NCBI RefSeq assembly: GCF_964204645.1 | Contig: NC_134031.1 | Span: 15,301,807-15,365,806 of the forward strand | DNA length: 64,000 nt | Direction: 5' to 3' | Source: Tubulanus polymorphus | Taxonomy: Eukaryota > Animalia > Nemertea | Shown: positions 29,604 through 40,853 of the stretch, in pieces | Position numbering within the stretch: the first letter of the stretch is position 1 | Layout: the number at the start of each line of letters is the position of its first letter | Made by a program: the position numbers and the translations under genes | Notes under the pieces: model-generated | Seen by the model: the letters and a program-made list of their open reading frames with translations, nothing else | Database searches by the model: none | Told to the model about the DNA's origin: nothing

Positions 29604-30548
29604 ATGGCGTCTTCAAAAGATAAAAAGATTCCAGAATCTCGCGGCGGCCACAGTTGGAAAAATAAACTTTCGGAATACGTGATCGCTTTGAGGCCTTGGT
29701 CGTTTTCAGCCTCGTTAACCCCGGTATCTTTAGGAAGCGCTTTAGCCTATAAACTAACCGGTGAATTCAGCGTGTTAATATTCATAGTATCGTGCGTGAC
29801 GACGTTATCGGTCCACGCCGCCGGTAATTTAGTCAATACGTATTGTGACTATAAACGAGGGGTCGACAGTAAAAAGTCGGACGATCGAACTTTAATTGAT
29901 CACATTCTGAATCCGAATGACGTGGCGACGCTCGGAGGTATATTCTATTTCGTCGGACTCGTCGGCTGTTTCATAACCGTCTGTTTGTCGTCGAGTTCCG
30001 TCGAACATTTAGCGCTGGTGTTCTTCGGCGGATTGTCGAGTAGTTTTCTCTACACGGGCGGACCGGCGTTGAAGTATCACGCCCTCGGCGATATCGTGAT
30101 ATTTCTCACGTTCGGGCCGATAACCGTGTTGTTCGCGTTTCTTACTCAGACCGGCCGACTGGGAGTTTTGCCGATGGTGTACGCGATCCCCCTGGCGATG
30201 AACACGGAAGCTATTTTACACAGTAACAATACGCGTGATATGAACAGCGATCAAACCGCGAATATCGTCACTTTGCCCATTCTACTCGGACGCACGGGAT
30301 CGTACGTTATTTTCGTTGCGCTGTTATTCGTGCCGTACGTTATTTTCGCGGTTTTATCGGCTAATTTTACCGCGTGGTTTTTGTTGCCTGTTTTAACGAT
30401 ACCGATGGCTTTCGATTGCGAACGCAAATTCAGAGCGGGATTCTTAAAAGAGATGCCCCAACAGATCGCCAAGATCAATTTGATATTCGGATTATTGTAC
30501 GTGCTAGCAATTCTCATCGCTCCAGCTTCGCGCATTCCCGGATTTTAA
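29604..30548 (+). CDS. UBIAD1: UbiA prenyltransferase domain protein 1 (menaquinone-4 synthase), intronless CDS
   Basis: ALRPWSFSASLTPV, HAAGNLVNTYCDYKRGVD (NxxxD motif), DDRTL, LGDIVIFLTFGP and TEAILHSNNTRDM are characteristic UBIAD1 motifs. Confidence 0.97.
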   Translation: MASSKDKKIPESRGGHSWKNKLSEYVIALRPWSFSASLTPVSLGSALAYKLTGEFSVLIFIVSCVTTLSVHAAGNLVNTYCDYKRGVDSKKSDDRTLIDHILNPNDVATLGGIFYFVGLVGCFITVCLSSSSVEHLALVFFGGLSSSFLYTGGPALKYHALGDIVIFLTFGPITVLFAFLTQTGRLGVLPMVYAIPLAMNTEAILHSNNTRDMNSDQTANIVTLPILLGRTGSYVIFVALLFVPYVIFAVLSANFTAWFLLPVLTIPMAFDCERKFRAGFLKEMPQQIAKINLIFGLLYVLAILIAPASRIPGF

Positions 30549-30765
30549 ATCGCCTTCAATTTATTTGCGTTGTGGAAGATGGAATTTTTCGTGTAGTTGG
30601 TTATATTCGCTGGGAGTTTATTTTCGTCATTAGAAATTTGTAAGAATTATTAATAAAATTCTCGTATAAAACTGCTTTTAAATATTTTGTTATTATTAGA
30701 GGATATATGTTGATTACAAGGATTATTGATTCTTCCATAGGCCTTTCATTCCCCTTTAATTCTAA

Positions 30766-30929
30766 AGGAATCATTCATTTGTTACGTTCGCATTAGGGGA
30801 GGGAGAGGGGTCAGTGCAATTGCGTACTGTAATGCTGAAAGTGTATGAAAAAATGGTCGATTTTGCATACAGAGGTGAGGGGGTTGAAAAATTCAAATTT
30901 CATGCGTACGTAATAAATGAATGATCCCA
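30766..30929. mobile_element. Small MITE (GGxxTCATTCATTT TIRs); element of similar style at about 43910-44277
   Basis: ggaatcattcatttgttacgt ... acgtaataaatgaatgatccc. At 43.9-44.3 kb: ggggccgtccataaaagac ... gtcttttatggacagcccc. Confidence 0.6.
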
Positions 30930-31293
30930 AACTCTAACACATGTTAACCCTAACCCCCAAAAATTAACCCTCTAAACCTTAGGATCGCAACATACACCCC
31001 TAGTCAAACTTTAATCGCATCAATGGTCGGGGCGGATCTGGTCTGAATACCAGACATTCGGTCCCAAGAATTAGCGCCTAGGCGAACTAGGGCAGATCCA
31101 GCTGGTTAATTTGACTACAGCCAACACTCCGATATTCCGCCAGGGGTTGACTGTATTCCTAAAAATTATTGCTCAATTACATGTACGTATGAACAGGCAA
31201 CGCAGATCATGAAAGGGGGCCCGTATCCTCCCTAAGAAAAGTTCGAAAAATGACTCGTAAGTTTTCCTTAAGGCATTTTTTTTAAATTCTGGA

Positions 31294-31581
31294 CAGCGGC
31301 GGATCCAGGATTCCATGGAGGGGGTGCACAAATCCTAATAGGGGGTCTGGAAACTTTTGAAAATTAGATGCGCGGAGATGTGTTCTGCAGGGCACGATCA
31401 GAGTACGATCTAACTCGCAGTTTGATAGTGATTTTCACAACTTTCATGAAAGATGCATGTCGGACTGGCACATTTTCAGGGATTTTTCACATGCTTGTCT
31501 TCGTTCTCACGGAAAGGTCAGTCCGTAAAAAAATAGTGAGGACGTTAGGGGGGTGCACGTGCCCCCCTGGATCCGCCGCTT
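31294..31581. mobile_element. MITE, CAGCGGCGGATCC family, 5-bp TSD (ctgga)
   Basis: ctgga|cagcggcggatccagg ... cctggatccgccgctt|ctgga; internally collinear with 39901-40219. Confidence 0.75.
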
Positions 31582-32215
31582 CTGGAATACAGTGGAATAG
31601 CTTATCCGTTCTGGATGTACTTGCGATCACGCTGGTGTTTGGATATTCTTTTTTCTTGTCTTCACGTTGTTAAGGTCTAGGTTTCCCCCGGGTATGGCAT
31701 TCATGATCTTAAACCCTATGACTACAACAGAGGTTGAATCCAGCATTTTGAAAAAGGGGGCGGCGCAAATGAAAGGCATGCCCCTCTCAGGATATTTTGT
31801 GAATAACAAACGCAATGAGGTGCGTTTTGAACACTTTGCAATATGTATTTAGAAATAAAATAATTCATTTGGTGATGAAGATTGGTCTATCCTCCGTAAC
31901 GCTATTTAAATTTGCTACCATCCCCGGCCGCTACCTACGTAGTCTAGTAAGTGCGTCGTTCCCCAATCAACAGGGAACCGTACGTCAACGACTGGTATTC
32001 AGACAACCATCTAGCGACTAGTTTTTTTTTATATAGTGGCTTGAAAAAAAATTCTTTGCTAGCAAAAAATATACCCGTCTGGATCTGCCACTTGGACAGT
32101 CTGAATATCGTCACATGGTTGCGTTTCAAATTTTCCCGCCAGAGCGAAGGCTTCATTTTTGTGCCGATAGAGGCCTTTGGTTTATCTATTTACATTCACT
32201 AGTGGAAGACATGCT

Positions 32216-32287
32216 TCCTCGGTAGTATAGTGGTGAGTATCCGCGCCTGTCACGTGCGAGACCCGGGTTCGATTCCCGGCCGGGGAG
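32216..32287 (+). tRNA. tRNA-Asp (GTC)
   Basis: TCCTCGGTAGTATAGTGGTGAGTATCCGCGCCTGTCACGTGCGAGACCCGGGTTCGATTCCCGGCCGGGGAG forms a 72-nt cloverleaf with anticodon GTC, A/B boxes and a T-run terminator just downstream. Confidence 0.95.
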
Positions 32288-32504
32288 ATATTTTTCTCAA
32301 TTTTTCAGTAGGATTTTTTTAAAGATGATAGATGTATTTGAAGTGGTACCCGATGTTATCCACCCACTACACTTCCACACAATACATTACATACACGCAT
32401 TACCGTCTGCCGTCAGACTGTTGAAACTGAGCCAGTCTTCTCGATAGTTAATGTTTCATCATTGATTAACTTGTTTTTACTGTGCCGTCCCTCCGCGTCG
32501 GATT

Positions 32505-33442
32505 ATGCGATCAACGTACGCAGCATTGTTGCTTAACGTTGTTTCCATAGTAACAGGACGTTTTATTTCAAGAGGTAATTAATTATAACAACCTGTCGAT
32601 TGAGTCTCGGTCCTCTCTTCCACTGATCGGCTATGGGCCTGATCGTGAATCAATTCATTTTTACAGCCACTGCTGCTGGAAGCTGGTATCCTAGGAACCA
32701 ATGGGTCGTACAGCGTCCATGGAACATGTGGACTCCATACGGGCCACGCCCAGGATCTGTTATAGGATATAATCCATTCTTTAATCCGTGGCGACGACAT
32801 CACCCAGCAGCGGATAAGTCACCGGGCACCGGTCCCAGTAAACCAGTAACACCCGTACCGCCGCCACCTTCTTGTCGTAAGTGTAAATAACACCCACCCG
32901 ATAACGCTCCCTCCCCCAACACTCCCTCCTTCCGGACACTCCTTATTCACACTGAATACAACACCGGTAATTTGACATCGTTGTTACAGCAACAGTGGCT
33001 ACCCAGCAACAGATACCCCCAGAAGGATTGTACAATACAGTACACGCGACCGATCAACTAAAATCCATCGAGACTGCGCATCCGTATAAACAGGGAGATC
33101 AGTTACAGTGGCTGATTTACGCGCCAAATGGAAAGGTACAACTGGGTCAGTGACGTCGTCCCATGCTGTGGGTCCGGCGTTCAGCAGAATATTGATACAC
33201 GGGTCGCTCTTCCTTTTTTTCAGAAAATAGATTTTTCATTCTCTACTATGAAAACGGATTGTAGTAACACGGATGTGACGTATCAGTTAGATGGCCCCGG
33301 TTCACAGGCTCAACAAGTTTGTGGAAGTCTTGACGGTGAAGCGAATACTTCTACAGGGAATCTGTTGATTGTTAAATTCAAAGCTAAAGGTCCTAATGAC
33401 GATGATTTACACGGGTTCACCATGTTATTCAAAGCGATTTGA
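32505..33442 (+). CDS. Small secreted protein (about 214 aa): signal peptide, W/P/R-rich segment, Pro-rich linker, single CUB domain
   Basis: Phase-compatible exons are 32505-32574, 32667-32876, 32990-33135 and 33224-33442. They encode signal-like MRSTYAALLLNVVSIVTG and the CUB pattern PY...WLIYAPNGKKIDFSF...DC...VCGS...STGNLLIVKF...HGF. An AATAAA overlaps or directly follows the stop. Confidence 0.75.
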
Positions 33443-35411
33443 ATAAATACCTTTCGTCCTCGTCAATCTGAGTTTTGATTGAATTAATTTACACGCGGGT
33501 GGGTCAAGCGCCAACAAAAGGAGCATGTACTAAAACGAAACCGAAGGCAAGGAAAAGTGCCGGTCCGGAAACATCATGCAATACCAAGGTCGGACCCAGG
33601 GCCAATTTCTTGACCGCCTCACCAAGGTCACTTTTTCAAAAAGAAGTATTCATCTCAACCATTTTTGTTGTGTTTTAAGAGACCTGACGGGATCAATACA
33701 GCATGATGCCATTTACATTTTACGTTTTTTTTTAAATTCTCATACGTATATATTATCAACACACGTAGCCAGGATGTTTACAGGATAGGCACCATCTTTT
33801 CTGCCAGAAAAGGGCACATTCCTGAAAAAACTGAGCTAAAAACAATGCCCTAGTTTGGTCATTTACAGGAAACGTATGAATGAATTCGAATTCATTTTGC
33901 ATTTCAAAATTACATAACAAAAATTGACTGGGTTTCGCATGAATTTTTTACGAGTAATATTGGAAATACAGGAGACCCAGGGAAGTAAAAAAGTGACTTG
34001 ACAGGGAAGTAACAAATAAAATGACTTATACTAATCCGAGCCCCCTAACTCGAAAAGGACGCAGGCACGCAGATAAGATTCAATTATGCGTTTTTTGACT
34101 GCGAATGGCCTTCTTATACTAATTTGAAAATATACCAAATAGGCAAAAATTCATGTTCAAATCAATGCTAGAAGGCATAATTCTTGAAGTGTCGGCACTG
34201 GTAAGTTTGAGTTTAAATTCTTGAAATATTCTTTATTCAATTCTGATGCCTTTAATTTTTATTGAACATATTTTAATCACCCTTTTCTCACTTTCAAGCT
34301 GCCCTTTCCAAAATACTCAGGCGCGCGCTTGAATATTCGAAACACCATTCAGGATCCTTAAGGCCTGGGATACACCCTCGCCTGATGAAAACATTTATTG
34401 AAGATTTTTCCTATTCATTACGAATTATTTTTTTCTGCTTTTCCAAGAAAGTAATTTCAGACAAAAGTAAGGAATGTAAGGTAGCCCTACCCTAAATCCG
34501 CCACTGAATACGTACCTCTGCTTGTGTAACTTTCTGAGCCCGGTTGTTGAAATGTTGTCTTGTCAAAAAAGGGAGCCTTCCTTCTGGCAGTATGCGGACA
34601 TGCACCCTTAAAATGTTTTTCTTTGCGATTTGAGCTCTTTCTGACGATTGAGTCGTGCCCGGCGTGGAATTTCTTAAGAATCTTTAAAAATCTTTCTGCA
34701 TGCCGTTTTAGGATTTTTAGAACTATTTTTGGCGATGAACGTGCCCGTTTCGTTTCTAAAAATATCAGACTAGATGCCTCCTGTTGCAGTGGAAGTGCTT
34801 CCAACGCAGGAGATGCCATGTTCACAACACTAATCGCGCATGGAATTGGGAATTCACAGGCATCTAGTTTATACGTCCATGATTACTCCAAGATCAGACT
34901 TATTGCGGGTGGTGTGTAGGGTGACGGTTGATAAGGACACTAGACAAATCTAATGAGTCGCACGTGCCGCAAGTGCGACCTCGGCATGTAGCCTATGTCA
35001 CTGCGCCGTGGTTTCATCAGTAAGTTTGACTCGGCGGCTAATCACATTTGCTGAGTTACAAACGTTTGTAAAAATCATTTCAAGCGAAAATTTATCTCAA
35101 TTTACAAATTTTATCATTATAAAACGAAAAGCTAATTCGTGTAGCTGTAATGGCAAATATCGTGTGAATTTCCATATAGACATCTACACTCCTCTGAAAC
35201 AAAGAGGCTCGTTTTTGAAGTTTGGGGATGAACTGTAGCCTGGATCATCCAGTATCCCTGATACTATATATAAAACTCAAACTATAAGACTTAGTAAATA
35301 ACTAAATAATTTATTATCAAATTATAATACAACAACAACGAAGATTACTTCCTGGTATAGCGATTGAATAAAACAAAAATCTGTACAAAACATGAAATGA
35401 CGCAGCAGTTT

Positions 35412-38400
35412 TTATGTTCCCGCATATCGGATTTCCACTTCCTCTTTGACGGGTAAATTTTTACCCTGAAACGGTTCCCAGTAATAAAACTGTTCAATTG
35501 AATTGGATTGATTTGCGAAATAACTGACGCCGTCGACTTCATAAGGGTTTACATCTAAATTCTTCACTTGCAATCGTTCAGAATCAATCAATTCGGCGAA
35601 TGCCTGAAAATATATAGAATGTAAGGCTAAACAAAAATGATACCTTGTTTCTCCGCAGCGGCCGGGTCATTTTTGTAAAATATGATAAAATTTATAAACA
35701 GTTCATTTCTATAGCGGCCGGGTCTATTATGGTAAAATTGATCACGATTTTTAAAAAAGTAATGTATAGGGTAGATAGGCGGCCGGCTGGGTCAACATTT
35801 AAGCTCAGCAGAGCGGAGAAACAAGGTATCAATTTTTTTTAGCCTAAATAACGTTCACTGGTTGCGATTGATTGAATCGGATCGGCCTGAGTATTTTGGA
35901 AAGGGCAGCTTGAAAGTGAGAAAAGGTTGATTAAAATATATTCAATGAAAATTAAAGCCATCAGAATTGAGCCGGCTTTATTCCCGGCAGCTTCTTCTTA
36001 CCTTACAACAGGAATCTTCGAATTTATTTCCCCAGATGTATACATTAGTAATTCCTGTGTTCATGTGTAACGATTCGGCTATCGCGCATAAACCTTCAGC
36101 TTCGATGCTATTGTTTGTGATTCCCAAACTACAATATATATATATATATCAAATTAAACACTATCAATTAGTTACACGGTGAACACTCAGGCATGGATCC
36201 AGGGGGCAGCACCTGGGGCGCGTGCTATCCTCTAGATTTTCAGTTGGCCCCCGAAAATCCTTTCTTGTAAAAAAATAAGTAATGCTCCTAATGTGATTTC
36301 TCTTTGGTTGAAACGAGCTCAAATCCTTGGAAATAATGGCATCTGTAGGGGCTTATTTTTCAAATTTTTCCTAAAGAAGGGCAACCGGGCCCCTTTTCGC
36401 TACTGGTGGATAGTGCCTCTTTTGAATTATTATTGCCTTTCGCATCAGGTGCTACCCCTCAATATAAGCGGTGGATCAGCCCCTGACAAGGGCCGGCGGG
36501 GGTGTATGTTATGGTAACACTAGGTCCGGCAGGGGTGAATGTTACATTAACACTGGGGCTGGCCAGGGGTGTACGTTATGGTTACTCACGTAGTCAATGT
36601 AATATTATAAGTAGATAAAGCGTCTGCAATAAATTTAGCTCCGTCATTTTGGATTCTATTCGCATGAAGATCTAAAACTCTTAAAGTCGAGTTCGATTTC
36701 AATAATTCTGCCAAATGTTTAGCTCCGTCCCTCGCGATGCGATTACTGTAAATCATAAATAACAATAACGCATTTAAAACACGCCTTAATCTTAGGATTA
36801 ATCTTAATCTGGAATTGTCATATTACCAGGAGAGATCGAGGTATTGCAACGTCATGTTGTCACGGAGACAGGCGGCTAATCTCTCGGCTCCGAAATCTTT
36901 GATATCCGTGTGACGTAGGCGTAACTCGACTAATCCTCGGTTTACCTATAATACATCTAACCTAGATTAAAACTATTCGCAGATTAATTAATGCCGGGTT
37001 TATTTACATACGTGAAACAAACCTTCAACATTTTCGAGAAATGAATCGTCGTTTCCTCTTGTTGACTGAATAGAATCGCTCGATTCAGATTCAATCCTTT
37101 CAATGAATCGTTTCGGTTTAAAACTGTAGACATCGCTATTAAACTCTCTGTTTTCTGTTAATATAAAACTACAATATGAAAAACCCGGTTTCAATATCTA
37201 GGACGACCAAGTCTAGTTTAGTACCTACCTGATTGGTTTCTCCTATATCCAAATGAAGTAAAGTGTTGTTTATTTGTAACATTTGAGCCAAATAAAGTCC
37301 ACCCTTACATTGTATTTTATTGCCATTCAATTTTAGCATCAATAGATTCTCATTTTCCTAAAGAAAAAAAAAATCAGTACGAATGAAAAGTATATTTTTG
37401 GGACAATCTGTAACCCTATGGGACCTAGAGTAATCATGTGGGACCTAGTGTACCCGTTTGGGACCTAGTGTAACCATCTGGGACCTAGAGTGACCCTGTG
37501 GGACCTAGAGTAACCCTATTGGACCTAGAGTCAGTGTTTTCATTAAGAGCCAGGTCCCAGGTCCCAGACCCGTCTGTCGTTTGTAAAGGACTCGCCTGTT
37601 TTTTCAAACCAGCTTTCGTTTCAGGGACTGTGACATATTATGGGACCCTCCTGTTTTTCAAAGGGACCTGGCTTATTAATTTCTTATTGAAAACACTGAG
37701 AGTACCCCTGTGGGACCTAGAGTAACCTGGTGGGACCTAGTGTAACCCTGTAGGACGTAGAATAACCATGTCGGACCTAGAGTACCCTTGTGGGACCTTG
37801 AGTAACCTGTCGGGAGTTAGAGTACCCCTGTGGGACTTAGTGTTACCTAGTGAGAACTAGAGTAACAATGTGGGACCTTGTGTACCCTTGTGGGACTTAC
37901 TGTTACCCTGTGTGGGGCTCTGTGGGACTTAGTGTAAGCATGTGGGAGCTAGAGTAACCACCTGGGACCTAGTGTACCCTTGTGAGACTTAGTGTACCCC
38001 AGTGAGACTTAGTGCAACCATGTGGGACCTAGATTAACCATGTGGGACCTAGAGTAATCCTGTGGGTCCTAGAGTAACCCTTTGGGACCTACTGAACTTA
38101 CACACAATGATTTGGCCAGATATTTTGCTCCCTCTTCTCCAATATCATTACACATTAAATCAATCTCTTTCAAAATTGGATTAGTCTGAAATTACAAATC
38201 ATACATTCAAATATAGAGTGAAGAGGTGAGAGATGTAGCAAGCAGAGAGAGGTAAAGAGAGAGAGGTTTTACCTGTAGGTATTCACTGATTATCTCCGCC
38301 CCTTTATCCGTTATATTGTTATATCTTAAATCTAATCTTGTGACGTATGAATTTTTGCACTTCAGAAATGTTTTCATTAAAGTTGAAATATCGCTATCGG

Positions 38401-39156
38401 TAAGTCGAATATCACCAGACATCTGTTTGTTGTTACCACATAATCTCAGAAACATGTTAGATTTTACGGGTTCACTATAAAAAACATTTAAAACATTTCA
38501 TCATAAACAGACAGATGGGTGGACAGACAGACAGACAGACAGACAGACATTCAATGAAATTTTATTGCTAACCGAGTTTACGAATTTGAAGTAAAAAAAA
38601 AAATAAAAAAAATATGTAAAATATGACTGTAGAAGGTATTTATTACTGATATAATATGATTTCAAGTGTTAAAATCGATAAGGAATAAATAAATATGCTA
38701 TATTTCATTTCATCTCGGTAAACTAAAATACGTCATCTCGGTCGGTAGGATGACCCCTATTATTTTATTAGACAAATAGCACTGAATGCCAATGGACAGA
38801 ATCTTAGGGACAATCTATCAATGTGTCACGCATGGTGCAATAATGACTGAAACTTACTCTAAATCATCAGAATCTGTGGCAGCAGTTCCAGTTATTGACT
38901 GAGACCTTTGTCGTTCTTTCTCTAATCTACAAATAATCATCAATAAAATCTTAATTGATTGGACGACGAGGCAGGTGCTCCTCCGCCATCATGGGACGAG
39001 TTAGAAGATTAGACGGGGCCTCTTCTATAGAGAAACCTACTTTAAAACGTCAGTTCTTTCAGCTTCAAGTGTTTTCATAATAAATTCATTTGGTTTTTTC
39101 TTTTCTTCTTTACAAACACTCGAATAGTTCCAGATTATGTCGTGTATGTTCGCCAT
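35412..39156 (-). CDS. LRRC34: Leucine-rich repeat protein 34 (RNI-like LRRs), 10 coding exons
   Basis: Exons are approximately 39041-39156, 38858-38926, 38273-38474, 38102-38185, 37229-37357, 37023-37154, 36827-36945, 36590-36745, 36002-36128 and 35412-35603. The protein has LDLRYNNITDKGA-type repeats, an NVYIWGNKF motif and a C-terminus DVNPYEVDGVSYFANQSNSIEQFYYW that resembles vertebrate LRRC34 as I recall it. Confidence 0.85.
37410..38092. repeat. 20-bp minisatellite (GGGACCTAGAGTAACCCTGT) in an LRRC34 intron, split by a MITE
   Basis: Read directly; units run 37410-37531 and 37699-38092. Confidence 0.9.
37532..37698. mobile_element. 167-bp MITE, CAGTGTTTTCA TIRs, 5-bp TSD (agagt)
   Basis: agagt|cagtgttttcattaaga ... 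tcttattgaaaacactg|agagt. Confidence 0.85.
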
Positions 39157-39900
39157 TTTGTCACTGGTTTTGTTGCTACAACTATCGTAACTAAGCACGA
39201 GGTGGCAGCACAAGCCGGTGTTGTGAATCATTGTGCGGGCAAGGCTTTCAAAGTTGATTCCCGGTACCTTGTTTCATCCAAACCTCTTTCGAAACTTGGC
39301 GAGGGTGTACGAATGTTTTCTTTATGGGATAAAATGTTAAAGTGGAAATAAACTCGTGTTTCCATATTTTCCCCGGAGACAACGAAGGTGGGTTTTTTTC
39401 TATAGACAATCCGGCTTTGTGCCGACTGAAGGCGGGACGTTTTTTCCTGAGTCTCTGTGCAGCTGTCGTCAGTAGTAAATCAAACCCCCTGTTTCACTCC
39501 CGGCAGGAATCGTGGGTCTGTAAGGGACATTCAATCAAAAAATCAAACGAAATTTACCAACCAAATAAATAACCGGGGACAATCCCTAAGATTTAAAAAA
39601 CGGCACTTGTTTGCTCGATCATTGGCATTGCAAGCCAGCGCGAGAAAGCTATTTCCAAATATTTGCCAAATGCGTTAATCATACGTCTTCAATGTTACTT
39701 GACCAGTGATGACAGGGAATTTACCCACTACACTGGTCATGACTAATGTGGGCTTCAAAACATCGTCCCGTATACTGCTGTCGTACGGGAAATCTTGTTT
39801 CGATCAACTAAAAAACATGCATAAAAATCTGCAAGAGGTGTTTCATTCTAAAAGGTTTTTCTTTTTATTTTGCCTATCTGGATTGGCACGGGCGGGTATC

Positions 39901-40219
39901 CAGCGGCGGACTCAGGATTCCATGGAGGGGGTGCACAAATCCAAATAGGGGGATCTGGGGATCCTCCCCCAGAAATCTTTTTAAAATTAGACGCGCGTAT
40001 ACGCGTTTTGAGTACGATCAGAGTACGATTTAACTCGCAATTTGATAGTGATTTTCACAACTCTCATGAACGATGTAGGACTGCCGTAAAAAAGCGCTGG
40101 TTATTGTAAACGACGACACCAGTTTACACATTTTCAGGGATTTTTCACATGCTTATCTTCATTCTCACGGAAAGGGCAGGGGGGGGGGGGGGGTGCCCTG
40201 TGCCCTGGATCCGCCACTG
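39901..40219. mobile_element. MITE, CAGCGGCGGATCC family, 5-bp TSD (gtatc)
   Basis: gtatc|cagcggcgga ... ggatccgccactg|gtatc; collinear with 31294-31581. Confidence 0.75.
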
Positions 40220-40465
40220 GTATCAACTTAGAAGGGCCTTATCTTTTCGCTGAATACACAACTTTCTGTGAATAAATGCGTACGTTGTAACTTATGATTG
40301 AATTCGAAACTTTTTTGACGGCCCTGGAACAACCTTGAATGTTCCAAAGATCAGCGTTTAAATGTACCCGTTAATGCCAGTTAGTCGCGCGCAATGAATG
40401 ATGCGTTTTCTAGGGAGTTTAAATTCCTGCTTTAGCTGATCGGAAAAATGGGCTTTAAGCGGATT

Positions 40466-40590
40466 CGAAGGACTCAGCCCTTACCCCAGCCAGCCCACCC
40501 GAAGGACTTAGCCCTTACCCCAGCCAGCCCACCCGAAGGACTCAGCCCTCACCCCAGCCAGCCCGCCCGAAGGACTTAGCCCTAACCCAA
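40466..40590. repeat. C-rich tandem repeat of about 34 bp (about 3.5 units) upstream of the SAND-SAM gene
   Basis: gaaggact(c/t)agccct(t/c)accccagccagcccaccc is repeated. Confidence 0.85.
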
Positions 40591-40853
40591 TCAGACATTT
40601 TCTAGCCCCTAGTCAGACATTTTCCTAACTACCTGGTTAAATCTCGTGTGTTGTGTCAAGTATCTAAAAATTAAATGTTTAAACGCGGATGTTAAAACGC
40701 GGAAGTATTCAGGTACTGATCACTCACTCCAGACGCAGTGGTACGAGTAACGCGTTTGTGACGCGGCGGTGGCGATCACTCTGACTGAGCGACTTGCTCA
40801 GTGAATTATGATCCAGCGAGAAGAGAGAAAGAAGAGAGAGCGCGCGATAGAGA

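Noticed and set aside
28423-32410. Prokaryote-style genomic island (attL/attR at a tRNA 3' end) carrying UBIAD1
   Set aside because: The fragment lies upstream of the intact tRNA and includes downstream flank. There is no integrase, and UBIAD1 is the animal-type gene in its conserved position.
30940-35400. Telomerase RNA gene, suggested by vertebrate TERC lying on the 3' side of LRRC34; template-like TAACCCTAAC at about 30945 (also about 8512, and CCCTAACCC at about 40580)
   Set aside because: I could not see a U-rich pseudoknot, CR4/5 P6.1 or H/ACA arrangement around any template-like hit. A covariance-model search would be needed to exclude it fully.
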